Of a stretch of 64,000 nucleotides of DNA, positions 20,135-29,402 are shown piece after piece; the first letter of the stretch is position 1; every line of letters begins with the position of its first letter. The notes beneath the pieces were generated by a model that did not search any database, was not told the DNA's origin, and saw nothing but the letters and a program-made list of their open reading frames with translations. Source of the DNA: an uncultured Armatimonadetes bacterium (GTDB lineage: Bacteria > Armatimonadota > UBA5829 > DTJY01). A program made the position numbers and the translations under genes. The stretch is taken from assembly GCA_963717145.1 (NCBI GenBank), contig OY970325.1, positions 224,001-288,000 on the forward strand. The letters are read 5' to 3'.

Positions 20135-20951
20135 TCTAACTAGCTACATCGAACGCGTGGTTTCACGCGCTGCCGAAGCTCGAGATGAGGCTGAGCGCAG
20201 GCAGGTAGCCACCGACACGGCGTCCGAGGTCCAGGCATGCATGAATGCCGAGCGACTGGCGGCCGCGAGTCGGATGGCGGCCTGGCTTGCCCACCAGATC
20301 AACAATCCGCTCGGCACGATCTCGGGGAACGCGCAGCTTCTGGCCAGACGACTGCAGAGGCAACTCGGCGAAGTGGCCGATCTGCCCGCTTGCCTCCGAT
20401 ACGTGGAGGGGATCCAAAGCCAGACGGAGCGCTGTGCCCTGATCACCGGCGACCTGCTCGGCTTCACAAGGCACGTGAACCTGGAACTGCGACGTGTGGA
20501 CATCCGTCCGGTCGTGAGGGAGGCAGTTCAGCTTGCCCGATCTGGACGCGGTGATCGAGAGATCATCCTCGGCCAGGGATTTGCGGGAGAGATCCCGTGC
20601 GTCCTCGCCGACCGAGAGGCGCTGGCGAAGGTCGTGTACGAGGTCATCGTGAACGCGATCGAGGCGACTCCCGAGGGAGGAGCGATCACCGTGGATGCGT
20701 TGGAGCACTCCCGGTGGATCGCCATCAGGGTGACCGACTCCGGTCCGGGGATTCGCAGGCAGGTTCTACGGAGAGTGTTCGATCCTTTCTTCTCCACCAA
20801 GGAGAAGGCGAGGGGGCTCGGACTCACGACCGGCCTGGACCTGATGCGTCAGATGCGGGGAACGATCCGCATCGAGAAAACCGGTCCGTCAGGCACGGTG
20901 GTCACGATCCGCGCCCCGGCCGCGGTCCCGAGAGGCTGGGCGCAGATGTAG
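20112..20951 (+). CDS. Sensor-less histidine kinase
   Basis: LAHQINNPL, NAIEA, DSGPG, FDPFFSTK, GLGL. Confidence 0.85.
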
Positions 20952-20984
20952 CATACTTGTGTAGACACATTTGGGAGAAGACTC

Positions 20985-22385
20985 ATGGCGCTAGGCATCG
21001 CACTAACTCAAAAGCAGACTGGCGGGATGGTCCCGGAGCACATGATCGGCAAATCAGTGCTCAAGATGAGTGTTGTCGAGTTGCAGGAGTTCGTTCGTGC
21101 CCAACTCGCCGAGAACCCGGCCCTGGCACTCCAGGAGGAGCGTTCGTGCCCCGTATGCGGGTCGGAGCTGGCCGGCGAGATCTGTGCCATGTGCGGATAT
21201 CGAGAAACGGACGAGGAGCATGCCTCGGATGAATACGCCGACGACTGGCATGACGACGGATGGAAGCTGCCCGAGCGCGCCGATGAGGATCCGATGGACA
21301 CTTTCGCTCTCGTCGCTTCCCCGAAATCGCTTGCCGATCATCTGAAGGAGCAGATCCGCTCCGAGTTCGCTGAAGATACGGTGGAGATCGCGGAGTTCAT
21401 CGTCGATGCGCTCGATGAGGACGGATACCTCCACGAGCCGCTGATCGATATGGCAAACCGCCTTGGGATGAGCGTGCCGGAACTCGAGGTAGTGCTGCAT
21501 GAGGTGCAGAGCCTCGATCCACCGGGAATCGCCGCTCGAAGCCTGAGGGAATGCCTGCTCATCCAGATCAGGCGCATCGAGTCGGAGAGTCAGGACAGAG
21601 ACTTGGCCGAAACCATCCTTCGCGATCACTGGGAAGGCGTCGAGCGCATGAGGCTCGACAAGGTCGCTGAGAGGCTGCAGATTTCCAGGGAGGATGTCGA
21701 GCGCGCGCTGATGTTCATACGCGACAGGCTCAATCCGCATCCGGCTGCGATGTTCCGCGATCCGTGGGAGCGCCTCGCGCCCCGACAGGTCTCGAGGACC
21801 GCGCCGGATATAGCCGTTCGGAGGACCGAATCCGGCCTCGTCGCCGAGATCGTGGATCCGGTGACGAGTCGTCTTTCCCTCGACGAGACGTATTCCTACC
21901 TGTATTCAGAGTTGTCGAAGAAGAAGTCATGTTCCGTGGCGGATCAGGCACATATCCGTGGGTGCGTTCGGGATGCGACGTGCCTGATCGAGGCGCTGGA
22001 GTTCAGAGGCTCGACGCTGGCCCGCATCGCGGAGGAGTTGGCCCGCTGCCAAGCCGGGTATTTCACCGATGGACCGTCGGCATTGAAACCGCTGACTAAG
22101 AAAGAGGTCGCCCAGCGACTCGGGGTACACGAATCGACCGTATGCCGGGCGACTCAGGATAAGACGATCCAGCTTCCGAGCGGGGAGGTCATCTCGATCG
22201 AGGTGCTCTTCGACTCGGCGCTTCCGGTCAAGGAGCTTGTACGACAGTTCGCCACCGAGCGATTGAGCGATGGCGAGATCGCCGGTAAGCTGGCTGAGGC
22301 CGGCATCCATATCGCGCGCCGAACGGTCGCGAAGTATCGCGATCAACTCAGGGTGCTGCCCGTCGAATACCGCCTGGCGGCCTAA
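20985..22385 (+). CDS. rpoN: RNA polymerase sigma-54 factor
   Basis: LAENPAL, DPPGIAARSLRECL, HESTVCR, RpoN box ARRTVAKYR. Confidence 0.95.
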   Translation: MALGIALTQKQTGGMVPEHMIGKSVLKMSVVELQEFVRAQLAENPALALQEERSCPVCGSELAGEICAMCGYRETDEEHASDEYADDWHDDGWKLPERADEDPMDTFALVASPKSLADHLKEQIRSEFAEDTVEIAEFIVDALDEDGYLHEPLIDMANRLGMSVPELEVVLHEVQSLDPPGIAARSLRECLLIQIRRIESESQDRDLAETILRDHWEGVERMRLDKVAERLQISREDVERALMFIRDRLNPHPAAMFRDPWERLAPRQVSRTAPDIAVRRTESGLVAEIVDPVTSRLSLDETYSYLYSELSKKKSCSVADQAHIRGCVRDATCLIEALEFRGSTLARIAEELARCQAGYFTDGPSALKPLTKKEVAQRLGVHESTVCRATQDKTIQLPSGEVISIEVLFDSALPVKELVRQFATERLSDGEIAGKLAEAGIHIARRTVAKYRDQLRVLPVEYRLAA

Positions 22386-22411
22386 AAGAGAGGCGTCTCG
22401 TCTGCCGATAA
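22383..22411 (+). promoter_or_regulatory. Probable sigma28 promoter upstream of fliG-cheX-fliM
   Basis: TAAAAG...GCCGATAA; perfect -10, -35 spacing slightly long. Confidence 0.55.
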
Positions 22412-22424
22412 TGTCCAATGTAGC

Positions 22425-22492
22425 GTAGGGAACGGGCGCTGTCCCGTTCCGCTTACGGCGCCCGACGGAACGGGACAGCGCCCGTTCCCTAC
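22425..22492. repeat. GTAG REP-C doublet
   Basis: GTAGGGAACGGGCGCTGTCCCGTTCCG and its reverse complement. Confidence 0.85.
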
Positions 22493-22506
22493 AGAGGTTT
22501 GATAGT

Positions 22507-23511
22507 ATGGCTGAGTCAAGTGCAATACATCTGTCAGGAATTGAAAAAGCATCACTGCTGCTGATCGCGCTCGGATCGAAGACCGCGAGTGGCATCCTTC
22601 AGCAGCTCGATCCGCAGGAGGTGCAGAAGCTCTGCACTCGGATCGCGATGCACAAGAACGTCGATCCGAACCTCCGAGATGCAGTGCTCAGAGAGGTCGC
22701 CCTGACCGAGCAGGCAAAATCCTCGGGTGGGATGGACTATGCTCAGGAACTGCTCGAGCAGTCCCTCGGCTCGTCCAAAGCGAAGGAAATGATGGTGGAC
22801 ATCGCCAAGGGATCCGGAGCGCGCCCGTTCGACTGGCTCACTGCGAGCAACGTATCCCGGCTCGCCAACTGCCTCAAGAACGAGCGGCCCCAAGTGATTA
22901 CGCTGGTGCTCGCCCATCTGACTTCGGACCAAGCGGCGTCGACCCTGGCACTGCTTCCTGAGGATCTTCAGGGCAAGGTCGCGTTTCGGTTGACATCCAT
23001 GCAGCCTGTCGCGCTCGAAGTTGTGGAGACGATCGAGGAGATCATCAAGCAGCGGATGACCACCGATGGCGGCGGCGATCGAAGGGCCGTCGGCGGACTT
23101 CAGTCGCTGGTGAGCATCCTCAACAACGCCGACAGATCGACCGAAAACAAGATACTCGAATTCCTGCAGCAAGCCGAGTCGACCATCGCCGAGAACGTCC
23201 GCGAGATGATGTTCGTCTTCGAGGATATCATCACACTCGACGACCGCTCGCTGCAGATCGTCATCCGCGAGCTTGAGCAGGATGACCTCCGCCTCGCCAT
23301 GAAGGGCGCAACTGAGGAGATCAGGGAGTCGTTCTTCCGCAATATGTCGGAACGCGCGGCCGAAGCCTTGAAAGAGGACCTGGAGATGATGGGCCCGGTC
23401 AAACGCCGTGACGTCGAGGCGGCACAGAGGCGCGTAGTCTCGGTGGTTCGCAGACTCGAGGAGGCCGGAGACATCAATCTGCGGACCGAGGAAGAAGATA
23501 TCATCACATGA
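22507..23511 (+). CDS. fliG: Flagellar motor switch protein FliG (full length)
   Basis: LSGIEKASLLL, ERPQVITLVL, MFVFEDI, NMSERAA. Confidence 0.93.
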   Translation: MAESSAIHLSGIEKASLLLIALGSKTASGILQQLDPQEVQKLCTRIAMHKNVDPNLRDAVLREVALTEQAKSSGGMDYAQELLEQSLGSSKAKEMMVDIAKGSGARPFDWLTASNVSRLANCLKNERPQVITLVLAHLTSDQAASTLALLPEDLQGKVAFRLTSMQPVALEVVETIEEIIKQRMTTDGGGDRRAVGGLQSLVSILNNADRSTENKILEFLQQAESTIAENVREMMFVFEDIITLDDRSLQIVIRELEQDDLRLAMKGATEEIRESFFRNMSERAAEALKEDLEMMGPVKRRDVEAAQRRVVSVVRRLEEAGDINLRTEEEDIIT

Positions 23512-23546
23512 GCGTGGAGTGTAGAGTGAGTAGTGATACAGGCGAG

Positions 23547-24026
23547 ATGAGGCTCGATTACATCGACCCGTTCGTGCGGGCCGGCTTCTCGGTGCTCGAG
23601 ACGCTCCTGAAGGCGCGCCCGGGCCGAGGACCGCTCGCGATGCGTACCTCCAGCGCCACAACGCACCAGCTTACGATCATGATGAAGGTGGGCGGCGACG
23701 CGGAGGGCATTGTCCTCTACGGCATGTCGCTTGTCGCTGCCCAGAAGATCGCGTCGACCATGCTGGACAGACCGATCAGCGAGATGGACGACGCCGCCTG
23801 GGAAGCGATCGGCGAGTTGGCAAACACCATCAACGGGAATGCGACCAGGCTTCTCGGGGAAGTCGGACATACGTGTGAGATCTCGCCGGCGGAGGTCATC
23901 CGCGGCGTCAATATCGCAGTACCCAGCGAAGTGCCCGCGCTGGTGGTTCCTATCAGCACCAGATTTGGGCGGCTCGAGATCGACATCGCGCTCAACGTGA
24001 CGGATCAGGCCCGGAAAGCCGCGTAG
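23547..24026 (+). CDS. cheX: CheX-like chemotaxis phosphatase
   Basis: MRLDYIDPF N-terminus; AIGELANTINGNA (ExxN motif). Confidence 0.78.
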   Translation: MRLDYIDPFVRAGFSVLETLLKARPGRGPLAMRTSSATTHQLTIMMKVGGDAEGIVLYGMSLVAAQKIASTMLDRPISEMDDAAWEAIGELANTINGNATRLLGEVGHTCEISPAEVIRGVNIAVPSEVPALVVPISTRFGRLEIDIALNVTDQARKAA

Positions 24027-24044
24027 TGGCCTTCGATGTGCCTT

Positions 24045-24124
24045 CGCTTCTCCGTAGGGGCGATCCTTCTACGGTCGCCCGGTACGCAGGGCGACCGTAG
24101 AAGGATCGCCCCTACGGAGAAGCG
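24045..24124. repeat. REP-B doublet (REPIN)
   Basis: Inverted pair of CCGTAGGGGCGATCCTTCTACGGTCGCCC with extended arms. Confidence 0.9.
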
Positions 24125-24164
24125 ATCGAAGGGCAGCAGTGATCAAGAGAAGCAGGAGGCAAAG

Positions 24165-25232
24165 TTGTCTGAAAAACTATCCAAGAACGAACTCGATGCG
24201 GTGCGCGATCGGTGTGAGGACCGCAGGCCCGAACTTCGATACGACATCGTGACGCAGGATGAGATCAGTGCCCTCCTGTCGGCATATCTCTCGGCGAATG
24301 CTCATGCCTCCGGTGACTTTGCCGCGCGCGAGCGGGAAGTGCGCCTGTACGATTTTTCGCGGCCCGACCGTTTCTCGAAGGAGCACCTCCGGACTCTGCA
24401 CTCGATCCACAGCAGTTTCGCCGCCGGGCTCGCGACAACACTGTCGAACCTATGCCAATCGCAGACCGCGGTCGATCTGATCGGCGTCGACCAGATCTCG
24501 TACAAAGAGTATTGCGCCTCGATCCCGTCGAAGACGGTGATTGCCGAGGTTGCCATGGAGCAGTTCACTACCAGTATACTCTTCGAGGTGAACCCGAACG
24601 TCGTCGGACTATGGGTGGACTGTCTCTGTGGGGGCGATCCGCATCTTCCAAGCGAGCCGAGCAAGCTCACGCCGGTCGATCTGGCTGTGGCGCGAGGCGT
24701 CCTGACTTCGTGCCTGCAGGTCTATGCCGACAGTTGGGCCAGTATGGTCGAGCTGAAGCCGCAGATCCAGCGCGCGGTGGACAGCGAGTCCTATGACGAT
24801 ATCTTCCTGCCCTCCGAGACGGTCCTGGTGTGCGGCTTCGAGGTACACACCGGGCAGTGCGTCGGCATGATGACGGTCTGCATCCCCGCCGCCGGTGTTG
24901 AAGCGATCCTCCCTGCGCTGACCACTGCCAGGATGACTCAGGCGTCGAGGAAGCAGGACCGAGCAGGCGCCAGTGACATGAGAAACGCGCTCGCGCCCGT
25001 GATCCTCCCGTGCCGAGTAGTGCTTGGCCGAGCGAACGTGTCTCTTTCAGACGTGATGAACCTCGAGGTCGGTGATGTCATTAGGACCGACCGCGGGGCC
25101 GATGCCGAGATCGAGCTTTGGGCGGGCGACCGTCACGTCTTCAATTGCCGGCCCGGAATGCGCGGCACTAAGCCATCCGTCGTGATCTCCGGCCCCCACG
25201 AATCGCCCGCCGCGAGCGCCAGTATTCCCTAG
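24165..25232 (+). CDS. fliM: Flagellar motor switch protein FliM
   Basis: VTQDEISALL, YDFSRPDRFSKEHLRTL, SpoA C-terminal domain; TTG start after AGGAGG. Confidence 0.9.
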   Translation: MSEKLSKNELDAVRDRCEDRRPELRYDIVTQDEISALLSAYLSANAHASGDFAAREREVRLYDFSRPDRFSKEHLRTLHSIHSSFAAGLATTLSNLCQSQTAVDLIGVDQISYKEYCASIPSKTVIAEVAMEQFTTSILFEVNPNVVGLWVDCLCGGDPHLPSEPSKLTPVDLAVARGVLTSCLQVYADSWASMVELKPQIQRAVDSESYDDIFLPSETVLVCGFEVHTGQCVGMMTVCIPAAGVEAILPALTTARMTQASRKQDRAGASDMRNALAPVILPCRVVLGRANVSLSDVMNLEVGDVIRTDRGADAEIELWAGDRHVFNCRPGMRGTKPSVVISGPHESPAASASIP

Positions 25233-25235
25233 AAA

Positions 25236-25358
25236 CCACACCGCTAGTCCTGAGTTCGCCGGTGAATGACGGCGTGTAACGAAGGACGGCTCGGTGGAGT
25301 AAGGCCGTCCTTCGTTACACGCCGTCATTCACCGGCGAACTCAGGACTGACGGTGTGG
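25236..25358. repeat. Family I long palindrome
   Basis: Near-identical to 16121-16236. Confidence 0.9.
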
Positions 25359-25372
25359 GCTTTCTCAGGAGC

Positions 25373-25516
25373 GCACTCCCGCACTCCCGCACTCCCGCAC
25401 TCCCACACTCCCACACTCCCACACTCCCACACTCCCACACTCCCACACTCCCACACTCCCACACTCCCACACTCCCACACTCCCACACTCCCACACTCCC
25501 ATACTCCCATACTCCC
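25373..25516. repeat. Octamer tandem repeat, 18 units of (G/A)(C/T)ACTCCC
   Basis: 4x GCACTCCC, 12x ACACTCCC, 2x ATACTCCC. Confidence 0.95.
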
Positions 25517-25530
25517 GCACCCCCTCCGCC

Positions 25531-25546
25531 TGGCACGCAAATTGCT
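25531..25546 (+). promoter_or_regulatory. sigma54 promoter of the flgB operon
   Basis: TGGCACGCAAATTGCT. Confidence 0.88.
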
Positions 25547-25583
25547 GGTACTTCCCTGCCGGAATCCATCCGGGAGGTGAACA

Positions 25584-25973
25584 GTGATGCTCCGTAACCT
25601 GATGACCGATCTGACAACGGCGGTGATCGGCAAGTCGCTCGATGCCGCCGGCATGAGGCATCGCATAATCGCCGACAACATCGCGAATGTCGAGACCCCC
25701 GGCTTCACGCGCTCGGAGGTCGCCTTCGAATCGAGGCTCAAGCAGGCGCTCGAGACCACGACCGGCGACGATGCGATGGAGCAGGTTTCGGCGCTCCAGC
25801 CCGAGGTCGAGGCGGACACGCTCTCACCTGCGCGCCCGGACGGCAACAACGTTTTGATCGACAAAGAGATGACCGACCTGACCAAGAACACGCTCAGGTA
25901 CGAGGCGCTGGTGCAGTTGATGAACCTCAAGGGCGCCCAGGTCCGGTCGGCGATCAATGGAGGCAAGGGATAG
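25584..25973 (+). CDS. flgB: Flagellar basal-body rod protein FlgB
   Basis: IIADNIANVETPGF, DGNNV. Confidence 0.93.
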   Translation: MMLRNLMTDLTTAVIGKSLDAAGMRHRIIADNIANVETPGFTRSEVAFESRLKQALETTTGDDAMEQVSALQPEVEADTLSPARPDGNNVLIDKEMTDLTKNTLRYEALVQLMNLKGAQVRSAINGGKG

Positions 25974-25976
25974 TAA

Positions 25977-26387
25977 ATGGGGAATTTCTCCGCAATCGAC
26001 ATTAGCGCTTCGGGACTAATCGCCCAGCGGACGAGGCTCGACGCGATCGCCAACAATATTGCCAATGCCAACACGACTCGAACCGAGTCGGGCGGTCCGT
26101 TCCGCCGCCAGCAGGTCGTCTTCCGCGTCCACCGCGAGGAGGATGCACCTCTCAGCCGCGGGGTCGAGGTCGAGTCCGTGATCGAGAGCAACGAGCCGCC
26201 CAAGATCGTGTTCGATCCTTCGCATCCTGATGCCGGCCCTGACGGACGGGTCGCGCTTCCGAACGTGAATATCGTCGAGGAGATGACGGATATGATCTCG
26301 GCGACCAGGGCATACGAGGCGAACGTGACCGCAGTCACGGCCGCCCGCAGCATGGCCTCCAAGGCACTCGAGATCGGCAGGGGATAG
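25977..26387 (+). CDS. flgC: Flagellar basal-body rod protein FlgC
   Basis: ANNIANANTT, PSHPDA, PNVNIVEEM, RAYEAN. Confidence 0.95.
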   Translation: MGNFSAIDISASGLIAQRTRLDAIANNIANANTTRTESGGPFRRQQVVFRVHREEDAPLSRGVEVESVIESNEPPKIVFDPSHPDAGPDGRVALPNVNIVEEMTDMISATRAYEANVTAVTAARSMASKALEIGRG

Positions 26388-26391
26388 GGTT

Positions 26392-26475
26392 GATGGCTCT
26401 CCGTAGGGGCGATCCTTCGACGGTCGCCCGGTCCGCAGGGCGACCGTTGAAGGATCGCCCCTACGGAGAGCCATC
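26392..26475. repeat. REP-B doublet (REPIN)
   Basis: Inverted REP-B pair with GATGGCTCT/AGAGCCATC extensions. Confidence 0.9.
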
Positions 26476-26496
26476 GAATGACGAAAGCAGGTAGAC

Positions 26497-26790
26497 ATGA
26501 GAATCGATGCCATAAGTCCGAGCATACAGCCCACAGCGACAAGCGCCACCGCAGGCGCCGAGCCGAGCGGTCAGAGCTTCGGTCAGACGATCAAAGAGGC
26601 GCTTTCCGGCGTCAACAATCTTCAATCCAACGCCGACGATGTCGCCGCCAAGTTCGCAAAGGGAGACGCCGTCGAGATCCACCAGGCGATGATCGAGATG
26701 CAGAAGGCGAGCACCGCCCTGCAGTTCACCATTCAGGTTAGAAACAAGATCATCGAAGCCTACCAGGAAGTCATGAGGATGCAGGTCTAG
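26497..26790 (+). CDS. fliE: Hook-basal body protein FliE
   Basis: QVRNKIIEAYQEVMRMQV. Confidence 0.95.
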   Translation: MRIDAISPSIQPTATSATAGAEPSGQSFGQTIKEALSGVNNLQSNADDVAAKFAKGDAVEIHQAMIEMQKASTALQFTIQVRNKIIEAYQEVMRMQV

Positions 26791-26796
26791 GGGAAG

Positions 26797-26824
26797 ATTC
26801 GAAACTCGAAATTCGAAATTCGAA
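26797..26824. repeat. Heptamer TTCGAAA x4
   Basis: ttcgaaa ctcgaaa ttcgaaa ttcgaa. Confidence 0.7.
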
Positions 26825-26836
26825 GGGATGCAATAG

Positions 26837-28387
26837 ATGGAGCAGTTCACCAAGTTCGGTCCGATACAAGCCATGACGAGGTTCTGGGGCACGCTGTCGA
26901 ACACCCAGCGCTTCGTTACCGCCGTTTTTATAGCCGTCAGCCTCGCGCTGTTGCTGGTCGTCTCGGTCATCGCCACCAAACCGAAGATGGCGGTCCTCTT
27001 CTCCGGCCTCGAATCGAACGACGCCGGCACGATCGTCTCCAAGCTGCAGGAGAAGAGCATCCCCTACGAGCTTACGAACGGCGGGTCGGTCATCAAAGTG
27101 CCGGAGAAGGACGTCCACGAGATGCGCCTGTCGATGGCAACCGCGGGACTACCGCAGGGCGGGACCGTCGGGTTCGAGATATTCGACAAGACCAGCTTCG
27201 GCCTCACGTCGTTCACCCAGCGTGTGAGCTATCAGCGCGCGCTCCAGGGTGAGTTGAGCCGTACGATTGGCCAGTTGGATATGGTCGATCAGGCCAGGGT
27301 ACACCTCGCGATCCCCGAGAAGAAGCTCTTCGATCGGGACGACTCGCATACCAGCGCGTCCGTCATTCTGAAGCTCAGGGCAGGGAACGAACTCGGCTCC
27401 GAGCAGGTCGCGGGTATCGTCCATCTGGTGTCGGCCGCTGTCGAAGGCCTCGACAGCAAGAATGTCTCGGTCGTGGACACCGCCGGCAACGTGCTGTCTG
27501 AGCCGACTGATGATGCGACGGGGGCAGATCCGAGGCTCAGCGCATCACAGTTGGCGCTTCGGAGAGGATACGAGCAGCAGTCCCAGAAGGACCTGCAGTC
27601 GATGCTCGAACGCGTCCTCGGCCCGAACAAAGCCGTCGTTCGAGTCAGCGCAAAGATGAATTTCGACCGGACCGAGACCGCCAGCGAGACCTACCAGCCC
27701 GGAGGCGCCGGGAGAGGCGTCCTCGCGAGCGAAGAGGCTACGCAGGAGACCTACGGCTCGGGCCCCGGCGGTCCTCCATCCGGCGCTCCCGTCGGCGCAA
27801 AGGGGAACGGCTACAATCGGGTCGAGACGAACAGCAAGTATCAGGTTTCCAAGACTACCGAGCGCGTCGTCCGGTCACCGGGCTACGTCGAGCAGGTCTC
27901 CGTCGCTGTGATGCTCGATGAGAAGGTCGATGCGGCCAAGATTCCTGCTGTAAGGAACGCGGTCCAGGCCGCTGTCGGCGCTGATCCGACCAGGGGCGAT
28001 AAAGTCATCGTAGAAAGCGTCCCGTTCGACAATTCCGCCGTCGAGAAGGAGGAGAAGGCGTTCCAGGCCGCCGCGAGAGGTGACACGATCTTCTCCGGGC
28101 TCAAGACGGTCGGCGGCGTCCTCCTGCTCTTCGGCTTCCTCTTCATGTTGAGCCGCATGCTTCGCAAGGTCGAGATCGGCATGCCGAGCCAGCCCGCGCT
28201 GCAGATGTCGTCCGGCGCTCAGTATTCAGGCGGATCCCAGACGGTGATGCCGGCCGCGGAAAGTGCAGACGCCTACGGGCAAGGGCCGATAGTTCAGGGC
28301 GGCGACGACAAGCTGCTCGAGGGACTCCGGCAGAAGCAGCCGGACGAGGTCGCGAAGATCGTCCGCGCATGGATGGCGGAATCCTAG
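26837..28387 (+). CDS. fliF: MS-ring protein FliF
   Basis: GFEIFD, YQRALQGELSRTI, ARVHLAIP, SASV; two TM helices. Confidence 0.95.
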   Translation: MEQFTKFGPIQAMTRFWGTLSNTQRFVTAVFIAVSLALLLVVSVIATKPKMAVLFSGLESNDAGTIVSKLQEKSIPYELTNGGSVIKVPEKDVHEMRLSMATAGLPQGGTVGFEIFDKTSFGLTSFTQRVSYQRALQGELSRTIGQLDMVDQARVHLAIPEKKLFDRDDSHTSASVILKLRAGNELGSEQVAGIVHLVSAAVEGLDSKNVSVVDTAGNVLSEPTDDATGADPRLSASQLALRRGYEQQSQKDLQSMLERVLGPNKAVVRVSAKMNFDRTETASETYQPGGAGRGVLASEEATQETYGSGPGGPPSGAPVGAKGNGYNRVETNSKYQVSKTTERVVRSPGYVEQVSVAVMLDEKVDAAKIPAVRNAVQAAVGADPTRGDKVIVESVPFDNSAVEKEEKAFQAAARGDTIFSGLKTVGGVLLLFGFLFMLSRMLRKVEIGMPSQPALQMSSGAQYSGGSQTVMPAAESADAYGQGPIVQGGDDKLLEGLRQKQPDEVAKIVRAWMAES

Positions 28388-28391
28388 GGAT

Positions 28392-28661
28392 GTGATGACA
28401 ATGGCTACTCAGACGATGGCCCGCGAACTCAGCGGGGTGCGAAAGGCTTCCATACTGATCATGACGCTCGGTGCTTCGGCCTCTTCCGAGGTGTTCAAGC
28501 ACCTGAACGACCGGGAGATCGACGCGCTCACGTCCGATATCATGCGCACTCAGGGTGTCGATCCTCGGACCAGGGATGCGGTCATCGAGGAGTTCGAGCG
28601 CAGGTGTCTGGCTGAGAATCCACCGTCAGTCCTGAGTTCGCCGGTGAATGACGGCGTGTAA
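28392..28661 (+). CDS. FliG N-terminal-domain-only protein or fragment
   Basis: LSGVRKASILIMTLG..EVFKHL..EI..AVIEEF; stop supplied by a family I repeat. Confidence 0.7.
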   Translation: MMTMATQTMARELSGVRKASILIMTLGASASSEVFKHLNDREIDALTSDIMRTQGVDPRTRDAVIEEFERRCLAENPPSVLSSPVNDGV

Positions 28662-28679
28662 CGAAGGACGGCTCGGTGG
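28621..28679. repeat. Single arm of the family I element
   Basis: Matches the left arm at 16121. Confidence 0.9.
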
Positions 28680-28706
28680 AGTGTCCAGGAAGTTGGAGGA
28701 TCGATT

Positions 28707-29402
28707 TTGGGCAGTTTGATCAAGAACGACACAATGGGAAACGACCGCTCCGGCGCCGTTTACCTCATTGATTGCGAGTCCGAGATCAGGGCGAAATGCC
28801 TCAGGGCGGACGAGGATATCTCACCCGAGGAGCAGGCCCAGCGCATCGTCGCGCAGGCCGAGTCTCGGGCCGTCTCCATTCTGGATTCGGCTCGGACGGA
28901 CGCGGAGTCGATCCGCGCGTCGGCGAAAGAAGAAGGGCATCAGGCCGGTCACGCAGAGTGGGACGAGCGGAAACAGGCCATGGAGCAGCGAATCGAGACT
29001 CTCGAAGCCGAGACCGAGCGGCAACTCGCCGAGCACTGGTCCGCCCTCGAACCCGAACTGCTTGCTCTCGCGGTCGAAGTGGCGAAGAAGATCGTCCGGC
29101 ACGAGGTCGATCAGCACCAGGAGTACATCCTGGACGCGATCAAGACGGCGCTGTATCAGCTCCGGGACAAGCGCGAGATCAAGCTGCACCTCAACGCCGT
29201 GGATTACGAGTTCCTCAAGGACCGTAAGGATGAAATGCGCGGCTCGTTCGACGGCCTGCAGTCGGTCGAGATGATCGAGGATCGGCGGATCGAGAAGGGC
29301 GGAGTCCTCATCGAATCCGCGAGCGGTCAACTCGATGCCCGGCTCGAATCACAGTTCTCAGAGGTCGAGAGAACGCTGATGGAGACGACCGAGAATGGCT
29401 AG
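28707..29402 (+). CDS. fliH: Flagellar assembly protein FliH
   Basis: AKEEGHQAG, GGVLIESASGQLDA; directly before fliI. Confidence 0.85.
   Translation: MGSLIKNDTMGNDRSGAVYLIDCESEIRAKCLRADEDISPEEQAQRIVAQAESRAVSILDSARTDAESIRASAKEEGHQAGHAEWDERKQAMEQRIETLEAETERQLAEHWSALEPELLALAVEVAKKIVRHEVDQHQEYILDAIKTALYQLRDKREIKLHLNAVDYEFLKDRKDEMRGSFDGLQSVEMIEDRRIEKGGVLIESASGQLDARLESQFSEVERTLMETTENG

Noticed and set aside
24036-24164. N-terminal extensions of FliM, PP2C (11528), HEAT (14573), RAYT (17896) and FlgJ (60280) in the ORF track
   Set aside because: The extensions run through repeat elements, and downstream starts fit an RBS and/or the family N-terminus better. Not counted as in-frame insertions.
25266-25661. 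ORFs with HSHTPTLP or VWECGSVG repeats
   Set aside because: These are translations of the octamer VNTR and family I palindrome, with no RBS, and they overlap a promoter.
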